From positions 1-60,177 of IMG/VR virus record IMGVR_UViG_3300046778_000044: a stretch of DNA of 60,177 bases. One strand, given 5' to 3'. A program made the translations under genes and the position numbers. This document shows positions 37,660 to 47,856 of this stretch, piece after piece (within the stretch, counting starts at the first letter, position 1; each line of letters starts with the position of its first letter). The DNA is from a virus (Duplodnaviria; Caudoviricetes). Under the pieces are notes generated by a model. The model was given only the letters and a program-made list of their open reading frames with translations, ran no database searches and was not told the origin of the DNA.

Positions 37660-38074
37660 TATTTATCTCCTTAATTGTAATTTCACATCTTGGGTTAATT
37701 TTATCTTGTGCGATAACTTCCCACGATGTACTTTTATGCCATTGAACGGTATCACCAATTAACACACCCGCAGATATTAAAGCGTCTAAAAAAACCTTTT
37801 CTATGAGAGCAATAATATTAGAGCCATCACAGTTAGAGTTTTTATAATACAATTTAATATGTAATTGATAAGGTTGTGTTATTTTAGATTGTCCAATAGT
37901 TTGTGGTTCTACAAGTTCAGTAAACTCACGTTTAAACTTAGCAGAAACCAAGTAATGCCAGTTTCGATAGACATTCATGCCTACCAATACTGTCTTCTTT
38001 TTACTTTGACTCCAATAAATTGGAAGAGTGTAAATTTTAGTGTTTGACAAACCACACTCCTTTTTTGTCTGCAC
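37646..38074 (-). CDS. RusA-like Holliday junction resolvase
   Basis: D.SN...EKVFLDAL..AGV..GD...PRCEITI; exact start uncertain. Confidence 0.75.
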   Translation of the reverse strand: MQTKKECGLSNTKIYTLPIYWSQSKKKTVLVGMNVYRNWHYLVSAKFKREFTELVEPQTIGQSKITQPYQLHIKLYYKNSNCDGSNIIALIEKVFLDALISAGVLIGDTVQWHKSTSWEVIAQDKINPRCEITIKEINSVPN

Positions 38075-38609
38075 ACCCTTTAGTCATACACCAAGTACAG
38101 TCGACACCGCAAGATACATCAGCTCCTTTTTGATCAGGACATATAAACGCATCTTTTGGAGCGGAATCTTTAGTACCGTAGTTAAGACCTTTAAAGTGCA
38201 AACTATCAATAATGATAAAGTTTTCTAGCGCATCAAGTTGACTGAAATCATAAGTTTTCATCCGTTTCGTATAAGCATAAAAAATAATATCACTATTCAA
38301 TTGAGCAATGTTAACCCATGAATTTATATAATCTTGCGAATAAAATTCACCGCTTGCGTGTACTCGAAAGTACTTAGGGCGTTTACGTTTCTGACTTAAC
38401 TCTCTGTGAACAGTGTCCACAAAGGTAGGAGACAGTGAAGCTTCAAAACGTTGTTCCCTTGCAATTAGTGCACCGGGATATATCTTTTGTTCTTTAACTG
38501 CGTAACAACCTTCACAAATACGTCCGCAGACTTGTTTGGTTGCAGGCAGATTGAACATCATCATATCTGATGCGATGAGTTTTGCATTACCCTTTTGAAT
38601 AAGTGACAT
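38037..38609 (-). CDS. Gp88-like protein with a radical-SAM-type CxxxCxxC motif
   Basis: GNAKL...FNLPA...CGRICEGCYA...FRVHASGEF...FYAYTK...CP...C...C..C. Confidence 0.7.
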   Translation of the reverse strand: MSLIQKGNAKLIASDMMMFNLPATKQVCGRICEGCYAVKEQKIYPGALIAREQRFEASLSPTFVDTVHRELSQKRKRPKYFRVHASGEFYSQDYINSWVNIAQLNSDIIFYAYTKRMKTYDFSQLDALENFIIIDSLHFKGLNYGTKDSAPKDAFICPDQKGADVSCGVDCTWCMTKGCADKKGVWFVKH

Positions 38610-39349
38610 TATATATTTACCATTGTATTGATTAAGACGTTGAGCGTACTATTTATAGGTATATTCATTATCTTAAAAATATCCGTTACGAACAATTCAG
38701 TATTACCGGAAAGTAAAAGCATTGGTCCAGTATACTTAAACATAGAAAACTTTTTTAGAATATCCTGTTCAACCTTATACGCTTCTAAACCTGTAGGAAA
38801 TTCCCACGTGTTCAACACTTCTAACTTATTGATATCATGTGGACCAAATCTAGCGCGAACACCTTTACAAGTAAGCCCTATTTTATACGCTTCACCATTG
38901 TTTATGGATAAATAATATAAAGTAGTTGGTTTATTGCCGCAGTACGGACCACCATGACAACTAGGACAACCTACACCTTTAAGGTGGTTCGTCGGTAGTT
39001 GTTGAAAGTCCCCATGGTCTGGACAAGTAATAGTTAACAGTTTTCGAGCCGTAGTATAAATAGCTTTATCGTATGTATAAAAATTATCATGTACTAATTG
39101 GGATTCTCGTATAAAAGTACTAAGCGTTTTTCTTTGACCATCACAAGTTTTCTGTGTTGAACATTTTGGACATTTTGTAGGTTTACTATAATGATTTTGA
39201 GGGTATTGATAAAAAGTTCCGTGTATTTTACACCCTATTTCAACTTTAGTGGACTGGTTTTTGTATACAGCTTTCGAGTAATCATAAAGATTTCCGTGGG
39301 CCTCTACAGATTTTTGTATAAACACTTGAGTTGTCAATTTCTCTTTCAT
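38609..39349 (-). mobile_element. Free-standing homing endonuclease gene (two Zn-finger repeats plus GIY-YIG/MUG113-like domain)
   Basis: Two H...Y.Y.KA.Y......I.C..HG.F.Q.P.NH.....CP.C repeats, then LYYL...YKIGLT...RF...EQ...GNTELF. Confidence 0.75.
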
Positions 39350-39375
39350 ACGTATACCTTATAAAATAAACTATA

Positions 39376-39404
39376 AGTATACTCTATTTACTTTACTAGG
39401 TAAA
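39376..39404 (-). promoter_or_regulatory. Sigma70-like promoter for the endonuclease gene
   Basis: TTTACC-17 bp-TATACT on the - strand. Confidence 0.6.
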
Positions 39405-41900
39405 CTTAGCACGAACTTCTTGAATTTGCTCTAAACTTCCATTTACAGGTAATGGATATAATTTACTCCAGTTCCTTCCAATTTCTAGTTGAGTTTCATT
39501 TTTAAGTATCTGATTTTCCATAAAATTTTGTTCCATAATGGGCAGCATGTTGTCATTAAGCCATTTGATAATCTTAGGATCGTCACGTACAATCGTATAA
39601 ATAGAGTCATAAATAGTGGAAGTAACAAATATATCATCTGTATATCCGGCTTTATCAATTAACTGGTGCATCTTGTTAATAGTTAGAGCTGTTAAAATCG
39701 ACCAGAACTGGCATGTCGCATTATTTAAAGTACGTATGTCCTGTCTTGGGTTATCTGTGTAAATACGAGCACCAAGGCCCATATGTATATAACCTTGATC
39801 AAAAGCGTACTTTAATACATACTCTTCTCTATACCGAGTAACTCCCGGATACAATTCATTGTGATATGCATTAAAGATCTTTTCAGCTTCGTCTATAGGA
39901 ATTTTTGCGGCTGCAGATACTTTTTTAGCACCACAACCATAAGAAAGTCCAAACGAAATCCGTTTACCTCTGTTTCTAAGTTCTTTGAGTTCAATATGTC
40001 CAGCATCTACAAGCTCTTTAAATTTTAAAGCGGCTTGTGTGATATTTTCAAAATTACCTAAATAAAGCGTAGCTTCATCAGGCCAATAGAAATATGCAGC
40101 TTGACTATGTCCATCAACACCTTTAAGAAATACGTTTAGCTTATTTTCATCTTCAGATAAGTTAGCAATAACTCGATCTTCTAATGCTGCAAAATCTGCG
40201 GTGGCTATAACGAATCCTTCAGGTGCAATAAAACATTTCTTTACTGGCTTAGCGAACTTAGAGTTTGATGAAGGTGCGTTAAGCATGTTGGGCGATTGTG
40301 ATGTATATCTAAAACTTTTTGCTCCAAGAAGCTTATACTGCCCATATAGCACGTCGTTTAACGAGAACCGATAGAATGCAGGTATAAAGTTGTTTTTAAT
40401 GATCGCAGCAAACGAATAGTCAATTAACAGTTGAGTAAAATCTCTAAGATCGTCATCTTCTGTTTCTTTATTAACTCGTTCTACTTGTTCTCTATTCCAA
40501 CTATCGTCACCTGTTTTATCAGATTTACTTTCACTTTCAACACCAACCATTGCAAATAGTTCACGCTTCTGATTAGGACTACCCGGATTAAACGTTACAG
40601 GTTTAAACTTGGGCGCATCAATTAAAGCTAGATAACTATCGTTATACATTCTAGCCTTATCAAAAGCCAACTTTTGCATAGCTTCCAACGCAGTTACTGA
40701 ATCAGACTTCACAGTCTTATCCACTAATGTCTTTAATATTGGGTATTTAACTGATAACGTTTTAACAAGCTTAGCAGACCATTTTGGAATACCTGAAGGT
40801 AACAGGTCAGTAGGTTGTTCCAATCCTACTCGTTTAGAAAATACATCCATATAATACGATCTGTGGATCGCAGAAGACGGATCAAATTCTTTGAGAAAGT
40901 CTTCAGCCTTTTTACATTTACCCTTTTGTACATCCTTGTACGCGGATAACAACTCCTTGTTCCTATACTCCAGATAGCGCGCAACATAAACATTTTGTTC
41001 CAAATCTTTATGTACTTCTTCTAAAATACCTACTATCTCCTCTTCGAGGTTGGATACTTCTTGTAAGTCTATAGGCAGACCATTCATAGTAAAACGAACA
41101 GTGTCTCTTACAAGGTGTTTGGCGGTATTATGGTAGAAATATGCTTCTGGATATATCGCTCCCTTAGGAGACGGGGCATTTGCTAGCTGATCCCAAGGGG
41201 AATAGCCCTCAGCTGTAGATGGTTGATTAAAACCTTCCATTTCTTCGAACGTAGATTCTATCATTCGTTCATAGGCCCAAAAAGTTGCACAACTGTCCGT
41301 AGCTGCGTATAACAACTTTGTAGGATTGTACAAATCTTCATTTACAAAGCTTTCTGGGGCTATTGCCCATGCACCATACTTAAATCCAGCGATTTCCTTT
41401 AAACCTACACGAGCTTTAGAGTTATCAACATGATTAAATAAAGTTTTGGCAAATATTGCAGTATCTTCGTAATTTTTAGGCATTTTATGAGTATGATAAT
41501 AAATATGTTTAAAATCATACGTAGCATTATGCCAAATTTGTTTAGTTTCTGTAGTAGTTAAAAAACTTAAAATTCGACGTGTAATTGAGCTATTATCTAG
41601 CACGAATACAACGCCCTCAGTATCACTTATAGCCATGCTGCAATGTGTTAATACAGTATGGGCAGGATGATCCAAAGCTGTAGCTGCTAACGTAGCTAAT
41701 GCCTTTTGGCGTTCTAAATAAGGAGTAGTTTCATTATCTGAATACTCTTTTAAAATATTACGTTGTTCATCCGTATATCGTACAGCTGCTTCAAAGTCAC
41801 AAGCAATATAATCTGCTTGTTCTAAAGCTTTTAACCACTCATTAGCAACAGAAGCTTTATTTGTATACTTATATGTAACTGCAGTAGGACTTAAATCCAT
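39396..41900 (-). CDS. polA: Family A DNA polymerase with 3'-5' exonuclease
   Basis: Exo I DFE, Exo II HNATYD, Exo III YAATD; motif A DFAALEDR, motif B RNRGKRISFGLSYG, motif C IYDS. Confidence 0.95.
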   Translation of the reverse strand: MDLSPTAVTYKYTNKASVANEWLKALEQADYIACDFEAAVRYTDEQRNILKEYSDNETTPYLERQKALATLAATALDHPAHTVLTHCSMAISDTEGVVFVLDNSSITRRILSFLTTTETKQIWHNATYDFKHIYYHTHKMPKNYEDTAIFAKTLFNHVDNSKARVGLKEIAGFKYGAWAIAPESFVNEDLYNPTKLLYAATDSCATFWAYERMIESTFEEMEGFNQPSTAEGYSPWDQLANAPSPKGAIYPEAYFYHNTAKHLVRDTVRFTMNGLPIDLQEVSNLEEEIVGILEEVHKDLEQNVYVARYLEYRNKELLSAYKDVQKGKCKKAEDFLKEFDPSSAIHRSYYMDVFSKRVGLEQPTDLLPSGIPKWSAKLVKTLSVKYPILKTLVDKTVKSDSVTALEAMQKLAFDKARMYNDSYLALIDAPKFKPVTFNPGSPNQKRELFAMVGVESESKSDKTGDDSWNREQVERVNKETEDDDLRDFTQLLIDYSFAAIIKNNFIPAFYRFSLNDVLYGQYKLLGAKSFRYTSQSPNMLNAPSSNSKFAKPVKKCFIAPEGFVIATADFAALEDRVIANLSEDENKLNVFLKGVDGHSQAAYFYWPDEATLYLGNFENITQAALKFKELVDAGHIELKELRNRGKRISFGLSYGCGAKKVSAAAKIPIDEAEKIFNAYHNELYPGVTRYREEYVLKYAFDQGYIHMGLGARIYTDNPRQDIRTLNNATCQFWSILTALTINKMHQLIDKAGYTDDIFVTSTIYDSIYTIVRDDPKIIKWLNDNMLPIMEQNFMENQILKNETQLEIGRNWSKLYPLPVNGSLEQIQEVRAKFT

Positions 41901-41909
41901 ACAGCCTCC

Positions 41910-43316
41910 TTATAAGTGCATAGCATTTTTTAATGATTTTCTTGCTCGACTACAAGCAACATAATATAAATTAAGTTCTTGTATACTTTCAGGAGTATCA
42001 GGTTTTAACATTGCAGCTTCAACTATACTATTTAAATCATCTAATAAAATAACTTCATCAAACTCTAGTCCTTTAACTGAATGGGCTGTAGCCAGCGTTA
42101 AATTACTAGGTTTAGTAACGACATCTTTTGCTCGATCATGCGTAGCTATAATTGTTTGTTTACCTTTACTCATTACTAATTTAATAGCATTCATCAAAGG
42201 TACATCAAATTCATAACGTTCAGCTAATAGGGCTAATGGACTTTTAAACTCAAGGCGTAAAGCTTCATCTTCATACCATTCATCGATATCCTCTTGTATA
42301 TGTTTATACACAGGATTATCGATTCGACCTTGGTACGAGAAATAACATACCATTAAGGGTAATTCAAAAATATCTTTTAAATTACGTACAAGATTAAAGC
42401 CCATATTTTGAGCTAATAAATCTATCATAGCACCCACCATTCCCGAATTAGTTCGAGAAATAAAGGCTCTAGTTTCAATTGTTTCGTCGGTAACTGGGAT
42501 ACCTTCAAACTTCATATCTTCATTTAGATATCTATTACAAAATTCTGAAATTCTACCAGCAATTTTATCTGATACGCGAAATGACTTAGTTAACTGGAAG
42601 GTTGTGCCCTCCGCAGATAAGATATCAAATGCGTTAACAGTGTGATTAAAAGCGTAAATATTTTGACTTGAGTCACCAACTGCAAGTTTAATCTTTGCAG
42701 GAAAAAGCTTGAAGATTTCTAATGTGACTTCGTTCAAATCGCCTGACTCGTCGATTAGAAGAAAGTCTTCTTTTTTAAATTTAAGATCCCCATTAGCTAA
42801 ATACATGTGAAATACTTTCATGTAAAAGTCATGAGAACACTCAATGGTTCCGGAATACATTTTTTCAAGATAAGATTTAATAATTGGAGCAATAACAGCA
42901 GATATCTGTTTATCCTCTGCAAACTTCTCAAAATCTAGATAGGAAGAAAGACAGTACTCCTTAAGCGTAGCTACTACATCAGCTTTTAACTCATAGGCTA
43001 TTTTTTCTTTTATCTCTTTGTATCCGAAGTTACCTACTCGCAAACCCAGTTGTTTGACTGTGCTTCGATAGGCCAACGCATTAGCTGTTAAACAACGAAT
43101 GCTAGGTGGAAATTTCTTTGCAGCTTCAGTGGCAATTGATTTGTTATAAGACAAATATACCCCTGAAGTATGAGGCACGTTCTGAACAAGTTCGCGAAGT
43201 AGGTGTGTTTTACCAGCTCCAGCAACAGCGGGAACAAGAATAATCTCGTCCCGATCTTCCTTTACAGCGTTTTGTACGAACGTGATAATTGCAGACTGCT
43301 CTACTGTCAATGTCAC
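41910..43316 (-). CDS. SF1 (UvrD/Rep-like) DNA helicase
   Basis: AVAGAGKT, IDESGD, VGDSSQNIY, LTKSFR, TAHSVKGLEFD, YVACSRA. Confidence 0.9.
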   Translation of the reverse strand: MTLTVEQSAIITFVQNAVKEDRDEIILVPAVAGAGKTHLLRELVQNVPHTSGVYLSYNKSIATEAAKKFPPSIRCLTANALAYRSTVKQLGLRVGNFGYKEIKEKIAYELKADVVATLKEYCLSSYLDFEKFAEDKQISAVIAPIIKSYLEKMYSGTIECSHDFYMKVFHMYLANGDLKFKKEDFLLIDESGDLNEVTLEIFKLFPAKIKLAVGDSSQNIYAFNHTVNAFDILSAEGTTFQLTKSFRVSDKIAGRISEFCNRYLNEDMKFEGIPVTDETIETRAFISRTNSGMVGAMIDLLAQNMGFNLVRNLKDIFELPLMVCYFSYQGRIDNPVYKHIQEDIDEWYEDEALRLEFKSPLALLAERYEFDVPLMNAIKLVMSKGKQTIIATHDRAKDVVTKPSNLTLATAHSVKGLEFDEVILLDDLNSIVEAAMLKPDTPESIQELNLYYVACSRARKSLKNAMHL

Positions 43317-43329
43317 GTTACATTACTCC

Positions 43330-44010
43330 TTAGCTGGCTTTTTTACCGAACATTGAGGTTTTTTTCTCAGTTACAGTACTTGCGGGTGCTGCATTACCAC
43401 CACGAGATGCACGTTGTTTAGCTTCCCATTCGGTAACTTCAGCTTCAGTTACGTCTTTATAAGACGGAGCTTGACAGTATTTTTCCAGCTCAATGGCACG
43501 TTGTTTACCGACTTCGCCATCAGCAGCGATTTCTGCAGCAGTAGCGCCATCAGCACGGAATACGTTACGGATACGAAGATCACGACGAATTTCATTGTTT
43601 TTTGGATTTTTGCTGTATTCACGTTGCAAACGAAGTTCGATTTCCAAACCAGAGAAGTCAGTAATAACCTCGAACTCTTGTTCTTTGTTTTCTTTACCAA
43701 CAGTATGGGTTTCAGTTTCGATGTTCAAATCGTAGCCTTCACCCAAACCGGCGATAACGCCAAGTTTGTTCAGCAATTGCATACCGATTTCGTTTTGTTT
43801 TTCGTCTTTGTTAATGACGATAGGACCGTAAATTACGGAATCTTTACCTTTGTAGTTAACATTAAAGTCAACTTGTTTTGCGCCGTTGGTTGTGGTGGAC
43901 ACACTAACAAAGTTGATCGTAACTGGATAAATATCTTCTTTAACACCGAGAAAATCACCACCGGTTGAGTCTTTGATTGCGTCGCTTTTTGTAGAAATTG
44001 AAAGTTTCAT
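43330..44010 (-). CDS. Single-stranded DNA-binding protein (N4 gp45-like)
   Basis: Follows the Sak4-like ATPase; OB-fold-like beta pattern; basic C-terminus TSMFGKKAS. Confidence 0.7.
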   Translation of the reverse strand: MKLSISTKSDAIKDSTGGDFLGVKEDIYPVTINFVSVSTTTNGAKQVDFNVNYKGKDSVIYGPIVINKDEKQNEIGMQLLNKLGVIAGLGEGYDLNIETETHTVGKENKEQEFEVITDFSGLEIELRLQREYSKNPKNNEIRRDLRIRNVFRADGATAAEIAADGEVGKQRAIELEKYCQAPSYKDVTEAEVTEWEAKQRASRGGNAAPASTVTEKKTSMFGKKAS

Positions 44011-44045
44011 AATTGTTTATTACCTTTTTGTTTAATTAAATTGAA

Positions 44046-44708
44046 TTACAGTGCAAACTCAGAAACGCCTTCAGCGGCAGCTTCGAGATGCGAGATCATG
44101 TCAGCAAGACTAAAGTCTTTAACAGGCAGACTGTCTGGGAAGTCTACTTGTAAAGTTCTTGCTGGAAATTTGGTTGAACGGAAGTGAATAATACGCTTAT
44201 CGTTCTTTGTTTCGATGAAAACAGCTTCATCTACAGTTGACAAGAAGCCACCAAGTTTAGCGAATGAGCCTTTACCGACTAAGTTATATTGGTTGGTATC
44301 CGCATCAAACAATGCATGGCTAATGATAACTAAGTTAACACCTTGACCAACAACGTCATTCTCAAAGAAGTCAGCAAGTTTCTTAACTTCTTTATCAAGT
44401 TGTTGATAAATTGCAAAACCTGTGTACTTGGTATTACAAGAATCATACAAAGTGTCGAATACACGACTAGCTGAGTCTACAACAATATTTTTAGGATATT
44501 TACCAAATTTGTTGTTATAAGCTTCAACTTTTTCACTAACAAAGTTAATGAGTTCATCTGTACTGCCAAAAGTAGCTATAGTTCCGTGTGGAGTTTTGTA
44601 AGGATACGCCTTACCGTCATGACTAATTACTAAAGTTTCTGGTAGATCCTTAGTTAACGAGGTTTTACCCGCGTTAGCTAAACCAGAAATAAGAATCTTA
44701 ACTGCCAT
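44046..44708 (-). CDS. AAA_24 / Sak4-like ATPase
   Basis: ILISGLANAGKTS, IVVDS, VIISH; position next to the SSB. Confidence 0.8.
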   Translation of the reverse strand: MAVKILISGLANAGKTSLTKDLPETLVISHDGKAYPYKTPHGTIATFGSTDELINFVSEKVEAYNNKFGKYPKNIVVDSASRVFDTLYDSCNTKYTGFAIYQQLDKEVKKLADFFENDVVGQGVNLVIISHALFDADTNQYNLVGKGSFAKLGGFLSTVDEAVFIETKNDKRIIHFRSTKFPARTLQVDFPDSLPVKDFSLADMISHLEAAAEGVSEFAL

Positions 44709-45522
44709 CTGTACTTACCTCATTGTGTTTTTTAAATATTGAGACTCTTGGAGTTTCCACCTTAAGTCGATAATCTTGTGCCAGAACATGACGAAGTTCA
44801 GGGTGTTTTTTCCATGCAGCAACAAAGTCAGCTACAAGTTTAATAATCCCTTCAATCATTATCATATCGTCATCAGTAACATCATAAACCACTTCAGACA
44901 CCTTAGTAGGATAGTCTTGCATTGGTTTACCAGTCTTCTCTGAGATACGTCCGACAGTATTTGTAGTTACATACACAAGGCGAAATCGACGTACATGGAA
45001 ACCATGTTGACGAGCTAGCCATACGTAACAAAGCTGTTGGAAAAAGTAGCTACGTTTAACATCTGTAGGTGCGTTTAAAGCACTTGTAGTTTTATAGTCA
45101 GTTACTTCTTCTGGATTCAGTAGGTCTAGACTTCCACCTAACCAAACTCCGGGTGCAATTTCTTTTTTAAGAAAAAGTTCTGGTGTACCTACAGCACTAT
45201 TTAAGAACTCACGCTCTAGTGCTTCATACATAACAGGATACTGTTGACGAATAAAATCTTTGTCTACACCTTCTGTTCGAATAGAATCAATAAACTCTTC
45301 AGCTAATTGATAGTCTGTAGATCCTATGTCTTTAAACATAGCCGCTAAACCGTGAACCGTAGTACCTAAATATGACGCAGTATTGCCATCAAATCCGGCT
45401 TCCCCTAACAGAAATTCCCGCGTCCATTTTCCTGTCTCGTCTAAAAAACGTGATAGTTGTGATGGACTAATTTTGAATGCTCCTTCCGGAACATCCCCTG
45501 GGTTATACCCAAAATAACTCAT
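44698..45522 (-). CDS. PD-(D/E)XK exonuclease
   Basis: ISPSQL...GT.VH...E...GSLD...DYKT...QQL.Y. Confidence 0.8.
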   Translation of the reverse strand: MSYFGYNPGDVPEGAFKISPSQLSRFLDETGKWTREFLLGEAGFDGNTASYLGTTVHGLAAMFKDIGSTDYQLAEEFIDSIRTEGVDKDFIRQQYPVMYEALEREFLNSAVGTPELFLKKEIAPGVWLGGSLDLLNPEEVTDYKTTSALNAPTDVKRSYFFQQLCYVWLARQHGFHVRRFRLVYVTTNTVGRISEKTGKPMQDYPTKVSEVVYDVTDDDMIMIEGIIKLVADFVAAWKKHPELRHVLAQDYRLKVETPRVSIFKKHNEVSTDGS

Positions 45523-47804
45523 TGTTCTGTACCTCCGTACAAATTGACTACTTGTCCTTTCAAAGAGTTAAATCGTTCTGCCTCAAGTGGTTCTACGACA
45601 TACTCATTAATATCTTCTAACAGTTCAAGTGTGCGATCCAAAGATGCTCCTAGGTCCATTGCATGACGTGCTGCTTTGTATAAAGACAAGCTACGCTTAC
45701 CTTTTTTACAATCATATGCATACCAGAATGTTTCAGTTGGATTATCCAAATATTGGTTTTTTTGTGACGATGATACGGATTTGATCCGATCTACGTCTTT
45801 ATCTGCCTCTCTTTGCTTGGCTCTCATGATGTAATCACGAACTTTAATCGTTTCTCCTTCTAAATTAGAAAGTATTGGACGATTTGCAAATGAGAAGTAA
45901 ATTTGAGATTGAGGTAAAATATCTGCAGGTAAACCTAAGTCATCAGCAAGTTCGGTATAAAAGAACTTCCAAGCAATCGAAGATAAAGTCACTGGTGAAT
46001 CCAATTCCAATAAAATACGATACTTATACTCATTATTAGGATTACTAGATAGAGCTACATGATGACGATAAGATTCAAGCATAAAATGCACATCTTTATA
46101 CGACATTGTAGTTTTATCGATATCAAATACTACCCATTTGGTTCCACCCATAATTCCATCACGATTTCTTACACCGTCTTTGAAATTAAATGGAGTATAC
46201 GCATAATCACCTTTTAGTAACTCACCGAGTTCTTCAAATGTGGTTTCAATGTATTCGTAACCATCTGCGGTATGAACTGCAATGCGTTTCTTGATATCTT
46301 TCATCTCATCAGGGCCTTTACCTGCCGCAATAGCTGCGTGTAAGGCAGTGTTATCTATTTCTTTAAAGGAAATACCTAACACTTCAGTAACAGACAATGG
46401 TTCATAAATGATACCACTTCCGCTTTCTCCTACTGAGTAAACTCCAGAATTATCATACCCCGCAGCTAAAGAAACAAGTTCCTGTAACTTTGGTAATGAT
46501 ATACTAACTGAAAAGCCGTGCTTCTTAATATCATGGATACTAATAAATGCTTTATTATCCATACCTACTAATGTACGCATATAGTCAGCTAAACATTCAT
46601 GTGGTGCTTTATTTATATCACGTTCAAACCGGCTAATATCTTGATCGAACAGCTCACAATAGCGAATTGCCATTACATAATGGTCAGTTGTAACTACATC
46701 ACAACTTTCAATCACAGCCAATGCACCTGCTAATTTTAGTGCTTTCCATTGAAGGTGAGCACGAACTAATGCATAGACAGACTCTTGACTGCTTGCCTTG
46801 TCTACCATTTCGCGATTATATCGCTTATAAATATTAAATAATTGAAACACATCTTCAGCAACAGGTATTGGACTGTCTAAACGATCCAAGTTGTAACGTG
46901 TAAGATGTTCTACCTCATCACGAACAGCCATAACTGCTTCTTTTGCTGTAGCTTCAATTTTAGCTTCGTACTCTTCCATTGCTTTAATAGGCGAAGGAAA
47001 ACCACTGAAATCAGGTTCATACATGCGTTCAGGTGTATAGCAAAACCAACTACGTCTAGCCAATTTGGACATAAATGCAATATGAAATTTTTTACGAGTT
47101 GCCTCATCATATAAAATATGACCGGGCGAACCTACGAATAATGCGGATACAGGTTGACCTTTAATCTCTGCAGATCGAAATTCCTTACCTTTTGTGTAAG
47201 TTACTTCTTTTTCACCTAAATCATACACTTCAGCCAATATCTTAATGTTGTCTAAAGTATTAATATTGTTAGCTAACTCATCGCTAATTTCACCTGAATA
47301 CTGCATACCAGAAGATACAGGTAATGCACCTATATCATTAATATGTTGAACTAGTCCGGGACCTGTAGTAATACTCATAAATACTGGCGGAATAGGACGC
47401 ATGTACTTACAGTATATTGAGAATTCTTCAGGAAGTTCTTCTCCAGCATCTTTAGCTTTTTGAATAGCTTCAGTCCTAACAAATTTTTGTAAATACTTTT
47501 CAATCATGTCATAACCTGATTTAAAGCATTTTTTTACTTTACTGTTAGAACTATCTTTATTAGCTCCAGAATCAGCTACGACAAACGAAATATTGTTTGT
47601 AGGAACTAAAGTACCATCCCATAATTTAATATTACGTCTAAACTGAGACGCGTAATTAGATAAATGCGCAATTGCAAATACTAATTTCATTTTTGTTGGA
47701 ACTGTACTAAATGAAATAGCGCGAGTTAACGCGTCAATAAACTCATGATCTGGAGCAGCAAAAGCGTTATATTTTTCCAGCTCAGCGCGTAGAATATTTA
47801 ACAC
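45519..47804 (-). CDS. Helicase-like (DUF3987-type) plus primase-like fusion protein
   Basis: N-terminal P-loop variant ADSGANKDS with later SKLARR; C-terminal VVFDID...H....S...YRILL recalls AEP primases; GTG start with AGGAG RBS. Confidence 0.6.
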   Translation of the reverse strand: MLNILRAELEKYNAFAAPDHEFIDALTRAISFSTVPTKMKLVFAIAHLSNYASQFRRNIKLWDGTLVPTNNISFVVADSGANKDSSNSKVKKCFKSGYDMIEKYLQKFVRTEAIQKAKDAGEELPEEFSIYCKYMRPIPPVFMSITTGPGLVQHINDIGALPVSSGMQYSGEISDELANNINTLDNIKILAEVYDLGEKEVTYTKGKEFRSAEIKGQPVSALFVGSPGHILYDEATRKKFHIAFMSKLARRSWFCYTPERMYEPDFSGFPSPIKAMEEYEAKIEATAKEAVMAVRDEVEHLTRYNLDRLDSPIPVAEDVFQLFNIYKRYNREMVDKASSQESVYALVRAHLQWKALKLAGALAVIESCDVVTTDHYVMAIRYCELFDQDISRFERDINKAPHECLADYMRTLVGMDNKAFISIHDIKKHGFSVSISLPKLQELVSLAAGYDNSGVYSVGESGSGIIYEPLSVTEVLGISFKEIDNTALHAAIAAGKGPDEMKDIKKRIAVHTADGYEYIETTFEELGELLKGDYAYTPFNFKDGVRNRDGIMGGTKWVVFDIDKTTMSYKDVHFMLESYRHHVALSSNPNNEYKYRILLELDSPVTLSSIAWKFFYTELADDLGLPADILPQSQIYFSFANRPILSNLEGETIKVRDYIMRAKQREADKDVDRIKSVSSSQKNQYLDNPTETFWYAYDCKKGKRSLSLYKAARHAMDLGASLDRTLELLEDINEYVVEPLEAERFNSLKGQVVNLYGGTEQ

Positions 47805-47856
47805 TACATTCTCCTAATTAAATAAATCTTGTTGTTTTTTAAATGAATTTGCATCT

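Noticed and set aside
38609-41900. Group I intron or intein in the DNA polymerase
   Set aside because: polA is continuous with all motifs, and the endonuclease lies wholly outside it
44698-45522. Cas4 / CRISPR system
   Set aside because: No four-Cys Fe-S motif, no repeat-spacer array and no other cas genes; this is an ordinary phage PD-(D/E)XK nuclease
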